This document shows positions 8,325 to 18,887 of a stretch of 64,000 nt of DNA, piece by piece. The DNA lies in assembly GCA_963751455.1 (NCBI GenBank), contig CAVVUN010000015.1, forward strand, positions 1,472,001-1,536,000, read 5' to 3'. The first letter of the stretch is position 1. Every line of letters begins with the position of its first letter. The notes beneath the pieces are model-generated. The model did not search any database, had not been told where the DNA came from, and saw nothing but the letters and a program-made list of their open reading frames with translations. A program made the translations under genes and the position numbers. The DNA comes from Nitrospirota bacterium. GTDB lineage: Bacteria > Nitrospirota > UBA9217.

Positions 8325-10640
8325 CTACACTTCGGGGAATCTCAAGGGAAGGGGGATTTTCAGGTATACTGATGTGCCCTTCTCAGCGAATAGGGTCAAA
8401 GTGCCACCCACCTCTGCAGCCCGTTTTTTCATATTCGAAAGGCCCCTGCCGTGGCCGGTGTTTTGTTTACAGCCCGTACCGTCGTCCCGTACGACAAGCT
8501 GAACCTCGCTTCCTGTCAACGTAAGCGCAACGGCAACCGATGAAGCTTTCGCGTGCTTTATGACATTTGTCAGAGCTTCCTTATAAATCTTGAAGATATT
8601 GGCCCAGAGCACGCTTTCCGGCCGGTCATGATTATCATCCAGTGAGATCTCGATCGAAAAGACTATGGAGTACGGCTCCATCATCTTGGCGCCCTGGTTT
8701 CTGAGCTCCGCAGCCAACGTTCGCCAGTTCATTTCCCGGGTATCGAGGCTTTGCATGAAACCCCGTATCTCGATCATTCCCTCCCGCGAAAGCCGCGATA
8801 TCGTGGAGAGTGTATTTTTGACGCTGTCTATATCAGAGGCGTTCCTGGCGAGTTCTGCGAGGATACTGATATTCGTTGTTATGCCTCCGATCCCGTCATG
8901 GAGGTCCATCAGAATATTTTCCTTTTCGATGACGTGCCTCTTTTCCTCGGCGATCCTCTCTTCGTAGAGATTAACTTTTTCTTCTTCCGCCTTCCTGCGG
9001 TCCGTGATGTCGAAGACGGTTGCCAGCACTGCAGCCTTTTCTTCATACTCTATCGATCCGCTTGCGATATTGACCCACCGCATGTCGCCGTCTTTTCTCA
9101 GTATCCTGCACTCGCATTTCACCGGGATCTTTTTCGCCTCGGTATGGGCATGTCCGTTCTCCAGAACCGCGTCGCGGTCATCGGGATGAAATATCTGATG
9201 GAACTCCATCGAGAGAAATTCCGTATTCGTGTAGCCGGTAATGGTTTCACTGGCCGGGTTCGCATACATCACCCTGCCGTTGCGATGGATGAAAATGCCG
9301 GCAGTCGTCGTTTCAGCCAGTGTCCGGAACTTCAGCTCGCTTTCCAGGAGCGAGGCAGTTGCCTTGTCCACCGCTTTCTGCAGTATTCCCTTTTCAATGC
9401 GGTGTTTTTTTTCCTCCAGTTCCTTCACCAGCATGTTCTGGCTGTGAATGGCGCGCTGAAGATTGTTGAAAGACCGGGTAAGATCTCCGACCTCGTCGAG
9501 GGACACTACCTCAAATTCCTTATACAACGTCTCCTTGTTCTCCGCAATCCTCCTCATTCTTTCTTCAATATCGGCCAGCGCAAACGACGTCTCGCTGGCT
9601 ACGGAGTAGCTGATGATACCCGAAAAGATCAGAAAGAAAAAACCGATTACAAGAAAAAAGAGCGTTATGTTTCTCATTGCGTCTATTTTCCCGGTATCCA
9701 CCGTGTAAACGGCAGCCAGTGAAAACCCGTTGAACCGCCCGCCAAGGGGGAGGAGTTTCATCATGGTGCGCTGGTTTTCGCCGGCTGCAATCATGGCGGC
9801 CGGGGTCCGACCCGCGTGCTCGTCCGCGGAAAATTCGTCGCCGGTATATTTCGGGCTGCCTGTAAGATACGCTCCCTCGGCAGCTACCAGATACACGGGG
9901 GGGTCCGTCCTTCTCGAAGCGAGGTATCGTTTCAGAGAGTCAAGTTCCGTGTACGCCGCCGTCTTCTGCTTTACGGAATAGAGCAGAGCGTTTGCCGCCT
10001 CTTCGTCATCGCGTATCAGCGCTTCCCGTGTCTTGGAATACCCGTATACCGAAAGAAACAGCAGAATCATCGCCGACAGCGTGACGGTCGCGGCAACCAT
10101 GCTGATCCTTATCGAAGTGCGGCGACCCTCATCCGCAGCAAGCCCCGAGGTGCTCCTGAGAACGGGCACCATGCGGCGTTTGACGTATACGTACACCGCC
10201 ATTGAGGAACATATGGTATAGGACCATATGAGACCCATCGATATGAAGCGTTTATAAAAGGGATAAAAAGGAAAGAAAACAGCATCGAAGCCGAGCGCCA
10301 CAAAGCCTACGATAGAGAGAATTATGAGGTTGAACAGGAAAAGCACTTTGAGGGGCAGATTGAAGGCAGCGGTCCTGAGTTCCTGCGCCTGCTCCCGGTT
10401 CATGGTCACCCCGAGGCCGGACAGACGAACGACCGGGTCCAGCGCACGGTACAGCAGGAAAGAAAGGATGACCATGATAATCGGCGCAAAGACGAGGAAG
10501 TTAAGGAGGTCGGCCTTTCGTATCTCCTCAGTGTAGCTCACCACGATCGGGTCGACGATTTTAAGGATGATAGCGCCGGACGCGATGACGGCGTTTACCA
10601 TTATCAGGATATTTCGTGCAGTTTGTTTTGTGTGCTGCAT
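8325..10640 (-). CDS. Membrane sensor histidine kinase (multi-TM, HAMP, PAS, HisKA_3, HATPase)
   Basis: Several TM helices; HAMP (DEVGDLTRSFN); PAS (YANPA..ITGY..FHPDDR); H-box MDLHDG; EALTNVIKHA, DDGTG, GRGLSNM. Confidence 0.9.
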   Translation of the reverse strand: MQHTKQTARNILIMVNAVIASGAIILKIVDPIVVSYTEEIRKADLLNFLVFAPIIMVILSFLLYRALDPVVRLSGLGVTMNREQAQELRTAAFNLPLKVLFLFNLIILSIVGFVALGFDAVFFPFYPFYKRFISMGLIWSYTICSSMAVYVYVKRRMVPVLRSTSGLAADEGRRTSIRISMVAATVTLSAMILLFLSVYGYSKTREALIRDDEEAANALLYSVKQKTAAYTELDSLKRYLASRRTDPPVYLVAAEGAYLTGSPKYTGDEFSADEHAGRTPAAMIAAGENQRTMMKLLPLGGRFNGFSLAAVYTVDTGKIDAMRNITLFFLVIGFFFLIFSGIISYSVASETSFALADIEERMRRIAENKETLYKEFEVVSLDEVGDLTRSFNNLQRAIHSQNMLVKELEEKKHRIEKGILQKAVDKATASLLESELKFRTLAETTTAGIFIHRNGRVMYANPASETITGYTNTEFLSMEFHQIFHPDDRDAVLENGHAHTEAKKIPVKCECRILRKDGDMRWVNIASGSIEYEEKAAVLATVFDITDRRKAEEEKVNLYEERIAEEKRHVIEKENILMDLHDGIGGITTNISILAELARNASDIDSVKNTLSTISRLSREGMIEIRGFMQSLDTREMNWRTLAAELRNQGAKMMEPYSIVFSIEISLDDNHDRPESVLWANIFKIYKEALTNVIKHAKASSVAVALTLTGSEVQLVVRDDGTGCKQNTGHGRGLSNMKKRAAEVGGTLTLFAEKGTSVYLKIPLPLRFPEV

Positions 10641-10645
10641 ATTGT

Positions 10646-11968
10646 TTACGCGCCTGTGCTCTTCAGCATACATACCGGCGAACCGGATTTAAATCTCTGA
10701 TACGAATACTTCCGGTCCGCCAGGTTCAGTTTCACGGTCAGGCCGAGCTGCGTTCTCGATCTGCAGAGTCGTTTCACAATAGAGGAAACCGAATAGAACT
10801 CGCGGTTCGCCCGGTTATGTCCTTCCTGTAGTTGTTCCGAAGACATCATCCGGGGAGTGAAAACTACATGCTCGGAGTTGTAGCGCGACCAGTCGTAGTG
10901 CAGTATTCTTCCTTCGGAACTCAGCTTTTCGAAGAGCCTTGTCCCGGGATAGGGTGTCAGGATGCTGAAACTGATGCCGTCTATGGCCGCCCGGACCGCA
11001 ACGTCGAGTGTCCGGTCGAACACGCTCGCATCGTCGGTGTCAAACCCGAAGATCATGCCGGCCAAAACCGCAATGCCCTCATCGTGCATTTTCTTGATTT
11101 CCTCGCGCAGGGTTTCTACCCGGTTAAAGCCCTTATTTACGGAGTCGAGGCTTCCCTGAGATACTGATTCGATGCCGACAAAGAGCCCGATGCAGCCGCT
11201 CTCGGCGGCGAGGCGCAGCAGTTCGGGATCCCGGGTGATGGTGATCGAACCCTGGCCGAGCCACTTTTTTCTCAGGGGAATCAGGCGCCGGAAAAGCTCC
11301 TTCGAAAATGAAGGCGTACCGACGATGTTGTCGTCCCAGAACACGAAGGTATCGTTATCGAAGGTCTCGATTTCCCGTATGATATCGTCGATCGGCCGCG
11401 TCCGGTGGCCGGGACCGTATATTGCAGCGAGGGCACAGAAATCACAGTGGAACGGGCACCCGCGAGAGGCTTGCAGCACGTCAGGAACTATGTATTTTTT
11501 TCTCCAGAGCAGGTCGCGTTTTGCGAAGGGAAGTGACGAGAGCCCGGGGGCGGCTGAACGATACACAGGCCGCAGCCGGTTCTTTTCAAAATCCTCGATG
11601 ACGAGCGGCCAGCTTTCTTCGGCTTCACCGACTACTACGGCGTTCGCGTGATTCTTGGCTTCATTTGGCATCAGAGAGGCGTGGGGGCCGCCGAATATTA
11701 CGGTTTTTCCCAGTTTTCGGTATTGGCCCGCGAGTTCATACGCCCGGTGAGCAAAGGGCGTCACGAAGGTGATACCGACGAGATCGGCGTCGCTGTCTTC
11801 GGGTTTTACGGGGGCAACCATTTCATCGAGGATCGAAACTTCGATATCATCCCGGACCAGGGCCGCAAGATACGGCATCGTAAGCTGAGCGGGCTTGAAA
11901 ATGAAGCTCTCGCGTTTGCCGAGGTCTCCGTAATGCGCATGCAATGGCTGGACAAGTTCTATTTTCAA
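10646..11968 (-). CDS. Cobalamin-binding radical SAM protein
   Basis: N-terminal B12-binding domain (GGPHAS, GEAE); SRGCPFHCDFC (CxxxCxxC); DDN, GIES, IFGFDTD, TPYPGT. Confidence 0.9.
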   Translation of the reverse strand: MKIELVQPLHAHYGDLGKRESFIFKPAQLTMPYLAALVRDDIEVSILDEMVAPVKPEDSDADLVGITFVTPFAHRAYELAGQYRKLGKTVIFGGPHASLMPNEAKNHANAVVVGEAEESWPLVIEDFEKNRLRPVYRSAAPGLSSLPFAKRDLLWRKKYIVPDVLQASRGCPFHCDFCALAAIYGPGHRTRPIDDIIREIETFDNDTFVFWDDNIVGTPSFSKELFRRLIPLRKKWLGQGSITITRDPELLRLAAESGCIGLFVGIESVSQGSLDSVNKGFNRVETLREEIKKMHDEGIAVLAGMIFGFDTDDASVFDRTLDVAVRAAIDGISFSILTPYPGTRLFEKLSSEGRILHYDWSRYNSEHVVFTPRMMSSEQLQEGHNRANREFYSVSSIVKRLCRSRTQLGLTVKLNLADRKYSYQRFKSGSPVCMLKSTGA

Positions 11969-12216
11969 TGAAAGCTCCGGCAGGAGACGATGTTTTTGCT
12001 CACTCGACGTATATTCAAAAACAACAAGGGCCTATATCTTTTCTCTATTCTCTATGTCCGCTTACCTGCCGCACTATGCTCATCGGGTCTTTGTTATGCG
12101 GGTTAACTTTCCGCAACATTATGGTATAAAAAAGTCCAACTTTCAATGAAAAAAACGGATATGATTGTGCTATATTTTATAGAGTTGTATGAATTACCGA
12201 AAAGGAGGAGTGCCGG

Positions 12217-12513
12217 ATGAAATACATCAGATTGTTTTCAGCAGCAGTGGTAGCGACTGTTTTGCTGACAGGCTGTTTTTATGCGCATGTAAAGCAGCCG
12301 CTGGACACGAACGTCGACAAGACGGTCCTAGGCCAGAAGACGGGAGCGGCAACATCGTATTCCGTATTGTGGGTGGCTGCATGGGGTGATGCCGGCACAC
12401 AAGCTGCGGCACAGAACGGGGGCATCACGACGGTAAACCATATGGACAAGGAGATCTACAGCATCTTTTTCGGAATCTATACTAGAATGACTACAATCGT
12501 GTACGGAGACTAG
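12217..12513 (+). CDS. TRL-like family lipoprotein
   Basis: Lipobox LTGC; G.A.SYSVLW..AWGDAG...AA.NGGIT.V...D....SIFFGIY....TIVYGD. Confidence 0.8.
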   Translation: MKYIRLFSAAVVATVLLTGCFYAHVKQPLDTNVDKTVLGQKTGAATSYSVLWVAAWGDAGTQAAAQNGGITTVNHMDKEIYSIFFGIYTRMTTIVYGD

Positions 12514-12518
12514 AGGGC

Positions 12519-12836
12519 ATGATGAGAGCATACAGATTGCTTTGTGCTGTTCTGCTGCTTTCCGTCGTAATTTCCGGCTGCGTATATACCCATACCGTTC
12601 AGCCGCTGACCGTAGATATGCACCAAACACCTCTGGCCCAGGTTGAAAAATACGGCACCATCAAGACGATTGCGTTCCCGCCGATCTTTTCTACGAATCT
12701 CATCGCCTGGGGCAGCGCTGCACTAGGAGATGTTGCCAGGGAGCAGGGAATGAAGGAAATATACTTTGCCGATCTCGAGATATTCAGCATTCTGCGGATA
12801 TGGAATGAATACACCGTGCATGTCTTCGGGAAATAA
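12519..12836 (+). CDS. TRL-like family lipoprotein (second paralog)
   Basis: Lipobox ISGC; AWGSAALG.VA...GM..IY.AD...FSIL.IW...TV.VFG. Confidence 0.7.
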   Translation: MMRAYRLLCAVLLLSVVISGCVYTHTVQPLTVDMHQTPLAQVEKYGTIKTIAFPPIFSTNLIAWGSAALGDVAREQGMKEIYFADLEIFSILRIWNEYTVHVFGK

Positions 12837-12915
12837 GAAGAAGGGCTGCACGATCATGGCCGCTCTTGAACAATCTCGGTTATCAGATACTCTTTTTTAC
12901 AGGATTCGCGGCTGA

Positions 12916-13716
12916 TCATTTATCACCTTCCATGAAATCGGCAATCTCCTTCCACTGCGACGAATCCATCCAGTCGGGCCAGTCGTTATGTCCGGCGCGC
13001 TTGATGGTCCACATCTTCTTGTTTCCCGGCAATGCTTCATATAACGCATGAGCGTGCCGGATCGGAATTATCTCATCCTTGCCGGCTCCCAGAATTGCAG
13101 TTCTTCCCTGAAAATCCTTCAAATTATCGATGGTGTCGTACCTATCCGTCAGAAATAAACGGACAGGGAGCCACGGAAATTTTTCTTTGGCAACCGCCAG
13201 GAGAGTGTTCCAGGGCGTAATGAGAATAAGCCCCTCGACTGCAACTCGAGAGTCTTTCACAGAAGCCGCTGCTACTGCGCTTCCGAGGGATTCGCCCAGC
13301 AGGACCAGCGGATTGCCGTATTGTTCGGATACGAGACGCACCGTTTCTCTCGCGTCATTGACGAGTGCGGCTTCTCCCGGCTTTCCTTTGCGGCCTCCAT
13401 ATCCGGGATATTCCGCGAGTATTACCCTATACCCGAGAGGCGCCAGAGCTTGTACATAGTAGGTTCTGTCAGCCGCGGTGCCGGCATTTCCGTGGAAAAC
13501 TACAACCGTGGCTTTTATATTTTTTATTGGAGCGGTTCCGATAAAGCCGCGATAGCTGTCGCTTTTGCCGGAAGGCCAGAATTGTATGTCTTCAGCAGCA
13601 AGAGAGTCTTGAGAGGGGATATCTGAACCGGGATAATACAGCATCTCATTTTGGACGTTGCAGCCTGTAAGAGTTGAAATAAAGGCCATGAGTATATATA
13701 GGAAGAATCTTATCAT
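12916..13716 (-). CDS. Alpha/beta hydrolase (ABHD13/17-like), probably a lipoprotein
   Basis: LTGC lipobox; FHGNAG, EYPGYG, GESLG nucleophile elbow, DEIIP, AGHND. Confidence 0.85.
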   Translation of the reverse strand: MIRFFLYILMAFISTLTGCNVQNEMLYYPGSDIPSQDSLAAEDIQFWPSGKSDSYRGFIGTAPIKNIKATVVVFHGNAGTAADRTYYVQALAPLGYRVILAEYPGYGGRKGKPGEAALVNDARETVRLVSEQYGNPLVLLGESLGSAVAAASVKDSRVAVEGLILITPWNTLLAVAKEKFPWLPVRLFLTDRYDTIDNLKDFQGRTAILGAGKDEIIPIRHAHALYEALPGNKKMWTIKRAGHNDWPDWMDSSQWKEIADFMEGDK

Positions 13717-13775
13717 AAATGAGAAGTATCAGCCGCGAAAAATCCATAACCGTACTCGGCTCACTGAGGCTTTCA

Positions 13776-14351
13776 TCATGTTTTTATGACGGCAAGATAC
13801 GGCAGATTCCGGTGCAGTTCCCCGCAGTCGACTCCGTAGCCGACGACAAATACATCGGGAATGATAAAGCCGGTATAATCCAGGGGGACATCCACGGTCC
13901 TTCGTGATTGCTTATCGAGCAGGACCGCGGTTTTCAGACTTGCCGGGTGTCTCGATGAGTACCGTTTCAGAAGAAAGTCGAGCGTCTCGCCGGTGTCGAT
14001 AATGCAGTCCACCAAGAGCACATGCCTGCCCGCGATATCAGTTTCAATGTCTTTTTTCATCCGGATCTCCCGGCTCGATGTGGTGCCCAGACCGTAGCTT
14101 GACGCATGCAGGAAATCAAGGGTCACGGGAAGCGTTATACCGCGCATCAGGTCAGCGGTAAAAACCAGCGCGCCTTTCAAAATCGAGATGAGTACAAGGT
14201 CCTTCCCCGCATAGTCTTTCGAGATGCGCGCAGCCAGTTCGTTCACTTTATTTTGAATGGCCTGTTCATTCAGTAATATTTCCTGAATTTCTGTCAACGT
14301 TGTCTCCCGGCGCAACAGTCCCCAGAGGACGGTCTTCGCTATGCTTTTCAT
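13776..14351 (-). CDS. hpt: Hypoxanthine phosphoribosyltransferase
   Basis: ILKGA.VF.ADL.R, SSYG, IIDTGETL, LLDK, FVVGYG.D, RNLPY. The true start may be a downstream TTG near 14300. Confidence 0.88.
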   Translation of the reverse strand: MKSIAKTVLWGLLRRETTLTEIQEILLNEQAIQNKVNELAARISKDYAGKDLVLISILKGALVFTADLMRGITLPVTLDFLHASSYGLGTTSSREIRMKKDIETDIAGRHVLLVDCIIDTGETLDFLLKRYSSRHPASLKTAVLLDKQSRRTVDVPLDYTGFIIPDVFVVGYGVDCGELHRNLPYLAVIKT

Positions 14352-14467
14352 TGTATCAGATTATTTTTTTAATTTGAAGTGGGTATCTGATGATTACGAT
14401 AAGGAGAAAGGGTCTGAAGGGGATGGTGCACTGGACGCAGACGCGTGATGCCGGCCGCAGCTTTCTC

Positions 14468-14750
14468 TAGTATTTGAACTGGGGAGCAGTTTTATCTTTG
14501 ATCCCCAGAAAAACGAGATGTGACATCACGCCCAGTGCAGGGAGGAAAAATATAAACTTAAAAATCCACCCGAGGAGAGGTATCAGGCCGATCGCCTGGT
14601 ATATCAGTACACCGAGCAGCATTGCCGGCCATGTAAAGGACGGCTCTTTCTTTGAACAGGTACCCGCTTAACAAACGAGTAAAGACGCTAAAGGCTGCTT
14701 CGTGAAAGATACGTGCTCTCGGGAAAGATACGCTGCTGATAAACAGAAAA
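14468..14750 (-). pseudogene. Frameshifted remnant of a membrane-protein C-terminus
   Basis: Minus strand reads ..LSGYLFK / KEPSFTWPAMLLGVLIYQAIGLIPLLGWIFKFIFFLPALGVMSHL..*, with a frameshift and no clear start. Confidence 0.3.
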
Positions 14751-14831
14751 ATTCAGAAAATAAATTTAAAAAATTTACGGAGTAATACCAAGAATTGAGG
14801 ATTCGTTGTATACTTTAAAAGTGTTATTTAA

Positions 14832-15491
14832 TCAGCGTGAAGCTAAAGTATTAAAAATTTTCCAAAACTCAATTTCATTATAAGAGCTGTACACATAGAG
14901 CGTAAAGTCGTCAGGGATACGGTCATGGCGGAGGGCAACTTCAGGCGACAGGTTCTCAATCGCGAACTTAACCATTTCCTCGGGCGACGTGAAGTGCAGC
15001 TCAGGGTCCTTGACGGGCGTGTGCGAAGAGAGGGCGTTCAGGGCGAGAGCCTTGTTGCAGTGCTTGAAGAGTGTAACCAAGGCATTCTTCAGGTCCTGAT
15101 CAACTCCCGGCACATTGAGGTTAAAGACTCCGCAGATGATTATATAATCGAAGAACCCTTCAAACTCGTCATCATCGGCATTTATGACACGGAAGGTGCA
15201 CTCCGGATATTTGTTCTGCGCCAGACTGATAAAGTTTTTGTTGATATCGACGCCGGTATACTTCACGTTGATGTTGCGCCGCTTTAAAAAGCGGTAAAAG
15301 TCGCCGGTCCCGCAGCCATAATCGAGGACCGTACTGCCGTTCAGTTTCTCGGGGGGAGCGACATCGGCGAGCATGTGATAGCGTTTGAGCTGGCCGTGCG
15401 GAGTCCAGCGGAGCGCTTCGGGGCGATCCCCGAATTTTTTCAGATGAAAATTGTAAAAGGACAGAAGTTGGTCTTTCGAGTACGGATCCAC
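14832..15491 (-). CDS. Class I SAM-dependent methyltransferase
   Basis: VLDYGCGTG motif I, YTGVDIN, FDYIIICGVFN; AAGGAGG RBS before GTG. Confidence 0.88.
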   Translation of the reverse strand: MDPYSKDQLLSFYNFHLKKFGDRPEALRWTPHGQLKRYHMLADVAPPEKLNGSTVLDYGCGTGDFYRFLKRRNINVKYTGVDINKNFISLAQNKYPECTFRVINADDDEFEGFFDYIIICGVFNLNVPGVDQDLKNALVTLFKHCNKALALNALSSHTPVKDPELHFTSPEEMVKFAIENLSPEVALRHDRIPDDFTLYVYSSYNEIEFWKIFNTLASR

Positions 15492-15629
15492 GGACCCTCC
15501 TTACTCTTGCAGGGATACATACTGTAAATTATTGTACTGCATCGGGCTGCCGAACACAAGCGCGTCGCACGGCATATTTTCATCAGTCCGACATGTTTTC
15601 TTTGTTAATAGAGTTATAATTTTTTTTTA

Positions 15630-15658
15630 TTGACAAACGAAACCAGTTATCTTAATAT
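15630..15658 (+). promoter_or_regulatory. Putative sigma70 promoter of the nuo operon
   Basis: TTGACA-N17-TAATAT in an AT-rich divergent gap. Confidence 0.5.
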
Positions 15659-15729
15659 GCACCGGCTTTAGAAATTATCAGTAATAGAAGTTTTACTAAT
15701 TCAAAATTTAATAGTAGGGAGAGTAGTGT

Positions 15730-16104
15730 ATGACACCAGCTACCTATCTTCCGGAACACTTCCTGCCAGTAGTGGTTTTTCTGCTGCTCGGCACGGCCGT
15801 AGGGCTCGGGATGCTCATTGCCGGATGGTTTATACGGCCAAAGAATCCCTATCCCGAAAAGCTGCTTACGTACGAATCCGGAATCACCCCCTTCATGGAT
15901 GCACATCAAAAGTTTTCCATCCGCTATTACATCATTGCAATGCTGTTCCTCATATTCGACATCGAAGCAGTCTTTCTCTATCCCTGGGCCGTGGCATTTA
16001 ACCGGATCGGTATGTACGGTCTCGTGGAAATGGTGATTTTCATCGCGATTCTGCTCGTCGGATATTTCTACGCCTGGAAGAAGGGGGCTCTCGAATGGGA
16101 ATAA
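15730..16104 (+). CDS. nuoA: NADH-quinone oxidoreductase subunit A
   Basis: [33 protein letters not shown]. Confidence 0.96.
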   Translation: MTPATYLPEHFLPVVVFLLLGTAVGLGMLIAGWFIRPKNPYPEKLLTYESGITPFMDAHQKFSIRYYIIAMLFLIFDIEAVFLYPWAVAFNRIGMYGLVEMVIFIAILLVGYFYAWKKGALEWE

Positions 16105-16574
16105 TGCAGAACCTTTTTGAAGAAGGCTACGTTTCGACGACCGTCGATTCGTTCCTTAATTATTGCCGGGCGAGCTCGATATGGCCGATGACGTTCGGTC
16201 TCGCCTGCTGCGCTATCGAAATGATCCAGTACTATTCCGCCCCCCAGCATGACTTCGACCGTTTCGGCACCGTGCCGCGGCCTTCACCGAGGCAGTCCGA
16301 CCTCTTGCTCGTTGCGGGCACCCTCACCAAAAAAATGGCCCCTATCGTGCGAAGAGTGTACGATCAGATGCCCGAGCCGCGCTATGTGATCGCAATGGGC
16401 AGCTGCGCAAGTTCGGGCGGCATCTTCAATACCTACAGCGTGGTCCAGGGCGTGGATAATATTGTACCCGTCGACGTCTATATCCCCGGCTGTCCGCCCA
16501 GGCCGGAAGCGCTGATGAACGGCATTATCAAGCTTCAAGAGAAAATTAAAAAAGAGAAGTATATCCGGAAATAG
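16095..16574 (+). CDS. nuoB: NADH-quinone oxidoreductase subunit B
   Basis: [29 protein letters not shown]. Confidence 0.96.
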   Translation: MGIMQNLFEEGYVSTTVDSFLNYCRASSIWPMTFGLACCAIEMIQYYSAPQHDFDRFGTVPRPSPRQSDLLLVAGTLTKKMAPIVRRVYDQMPEPRYVIAMGSCASSGGIFNTYSVVQGVDNIVPVDVYIPGCPPRPEALMNGIIKLQEKIKKEKYIRK

Positions 16575-16664
16575 CCAGTAACACCGATCATTTCACATCC
16601 CATATCGTTTATCTCAAAAACTGCGCACCATGCGTGAGATTGGTGCGGCCATTGATGAGGTTGT

Positions 16665-17135
16665 ATGGATCCCTTGCAGATTGCCAAAATGATAGAAGAA
16701 AAGTTCGCGGGCCAGGTGCTCGCGATCACGTCATACGCCGGACAGGTCGCGGTCGCGCTCAAAAAAGACATGATCAGGGAAGTCTGCCGCTACGTTCATG
16801 ACGAACCGATGCTGAAGATGGACCACCTGGCGGACGTTACCGCCGTGGATTATTCCAAGTACCCGGGCGATTCCGGGCCGCGCTTCGAGGTCGTCTACAA
16901 TATGATTTCGACCGAGCACCGGCACCGAATCCGGCTGAAGGTGAGGGTGCCGGAAGAGGACCCGAGAGTGGACACCGTCAGCCAGGTCTGGCATACCGCC
17001 AACTGGCATGAACGCGAAACCTATGATCTCATGGGAATCAGGTTTGACGGCCATCCGGACCTTCGCAGGATTCTGCTGCCGGAGGACTGGGAGGGCCACC
17101 CGCTCAGGAAGGAATACCCGCTGAAAGGTTATTGA
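16665..17135 (+). CDS. nuoC: NADH-quinone oxidoreductase subunit C
   Basis: TAVDY, RFEVVY, NWHERE.YDLMGI.F.GHPDLRRIL, GHPLRKEYPL. Confidence 0.96.
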   Translation: MDPLQIAKMIEEKFAGQVLAITSYAGQVAVALKKDMIREVCRYVHDEPMLKMDHLADVTAVDYSKYPGDSGPRFEVVYNMISTEHRHRIRLKVRVPEEDPRVDTVSQVWHTANWHERETYDLMGIRFDGHPDLRRILLPEDWEGHPLRKEYPLKGY

Positions 17136-17156
17136 GAAAAAACCCGAAATGCCTTA

Positions 17157-17242
17157 TCCGCAGATTTCACAGATAGACGCAGATTTGATATAAGAAATTA
17201 AGGTTGGATTTAATTCCGTGAAATCTGCGTGATCTGCGGATA
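17157..17242. repeat. Palindromic 9-mer (CGCAGATTT-type) repeat element
   Basis: ATCCGCAGATTTCACAGATAGACGCAGATTT ... AAATCTGCGTGATCTGCGGAT. Related copies at 22563-22643 and 33087-33164. Confidence 0.75.
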
Positions 17243-17309
17243 CATGACCTAAGCAGTTTACTTTTGGCTACTGTTTGGAATTTGATATCTGAATTTCCAA
17301 GGTGAAAAT

Positions 17310-18509
17310 ATGTCTCCTACCGATACCGAGAAGAAAGAAATCGTTCAGAAGGAAATAACCTTAAATATGGGTCCGCAGCATCCGGCCACCCACGGCGTGC
17401 TTCGCCTGGTGCTGGATCTGCAGGGAGAAACCATCGTCCGCTGCGACCCGCGTCCGGGCTACCTCCACCGCGGCATCGAGAAGCTGATGGAGAACAGGAC
17501 CTACCATCAGAACATCCCGATCACCGACCGGCTTGAGTATATCACCTGCATGAATAACAACCTCGGCTGGGTCGTGGCCGTTGAGAAGCTTGCCTCCATC
17601 GAGGTTCCGGAGCGGGCCGAGTTCATCAGGACGATCATGGCCGAGCTTACACGGCTTTCCGGGCACCTTGTCTGGCTTGGAACCCATGCACTCGACATCG
17701 GAGCCATGACGGTCTGCATGTACACCCTGCGGGAAAGGGAACTTATTCTCGATCTTGCGGAGATGGTTACAGGAGCCCGCCAAACCGTAAGTTATGCCCG
17801 AATCGGAGGCGTCCGAAACGATGTGTCGCGCGAGTTCATCGACAAGTGCCGGGAATTCACGGAGATTTTCCCCAAACGTCTTGAAGAATATGACACGATG
17901 ATCCGTCAGAACCGGATCTGGCTCAAACGCACGGTCGGAATCGGCGTAATGACGGCGGAGGAAGCCGTCAACTACGGCCTGACGGGCGGTTCCCTGCGCG
18001 GCTCGGGCGTAAACTACGATCTCCGTAAAGTGGAACCCTATGCTGCATACGATAAGGTGGAATTCGACGTGCCGCTCGGCCGGAACGGAGACGTCTATGA
18101 CCGGTATATCGTGCGGATCAACGAGATGCGCCAGAGCAACCGTATCATAAAGCAGTGCCTGGACATGCTCCCGGCCGGCCGCGTTGTCAGCGACGATCCG
18201 CGCTACGCCATTCCCGAAAAGAGCCAGGTGATGCAGAGCATGCAGTCGCTCGCGCACCAGTTCGTACTCATGAGCAAATGGATTCCGATGCCCAAGGGCG
18301 AGGTCTATGTGGCGACCGAGGCGCCGAAAGGCGAACTCGGCTTCTATATTGTAAGCGACGGAAGCGGCAGGCCGTACCGCGTCAAGATCCGCGCCCCATC
18401 CTATGTGCATATAAGCTCCCTGCCGAAGATGGTGACCGGGCACATGGTTGCCGATGTGATTGCCTGTATCGGGACGATCGATATTGTGCTCGGCGAATGC
18501 GATCGATAA
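17310..18509 (+). CDS. nuoD: NADH-quinone oxidoreductase subunit D
   Basis: [41 protein letters not shown]. No NiFe CxxC pairs. Confidence 0.96.
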   Translation: MSPTDTEKKEIVQKEITLNMGPQHPATHGVLRLVLDLQGETIVRCDPRPGYLHRGIEKLMENRTYHQNIPITDRLEYITCMNNNLGWVVAVEKLASIEVPERAEFIRTIMAELTRLSGHLVWLGTHALDIGAMTVCMYTLRERELILDLAEMVTGARQTVSYARIGGVRNDVSREFIDKCREFTEIFPKRLEEYDTMIRQNRIWLKRTVGIGVMTAEEAVNYGLTGGSLRGSGVNYDLRKVEPYAAYDKVEFDVPLGRNGDVYDRYIVRINEMRQSNRIIKQCLDMLPAGRVVSDDPRYAIPEKSQVMQSMQSLAHQFVLMSKWIPMPKGEVYVATEAPKGELGFYIVSDGSGRPYRVKIRAPSYVHISSLPKMVTGHMVADVIACIGTIDIVLGECDR

Positions 18510-18525
18510 GCAGAGGGGCCAGACC

Positions 18526-18879
18526 ATGAATCTGAGAGAGATCACCCGGCTTCTCAAAGCCAAAGTGCTGACAGGCGACAGTATCATCGATGAAATCGAA
18601 GTGGACCGCTGCTTCAGCGCTGACCTGATGAGCGACGTCCTCGGCCGGACCTACGCGAACGGCATCCTGATAACGGGTATCACGAATCCCCAGGCGGTTC
18701 GCACGGCCGATATTGCGGAAATCAAGGCGGTATGTGTTGTTCGCGGAAAGCAGCCGGAGGCGGGGGCGGTTTCCCTCGCAAAGCAGAAGGATATACCGCT
18801 TTTCATCACGGAACTGACCATGTTCGAGGCATGCGGAATTCTTTATACGAACGGCCTCCGGGGGGTTGCCGAACGGTAG
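18526..18879 (+). CDS. DRTGG-domain protein
   Basis: SADLMSDVL, LITGITN.QAVRTA.IAEI.AV.VVRGK.P, MFEACGILY. Confidence 0.85.
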   Translation: MNLREITRLLKAKVLTGDSIIDEIEVDRCFSADLMSDVLGRTYANGILITGITNPQAVRTADIAEIKAVCVVRGKQPEAGAVSLAKQKDIPLFITELTMFEACGILYTNGLRGVAER

Positions 18880-18887
18880 ATTGTGTG

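Noticed and set aside
17310-18509. Group 4 [NiFe]-hydrogenase large subunit
   Set aside because: No N- or C-terminal CxxC Ni ligands; the quinone-site His and Tyr are present.
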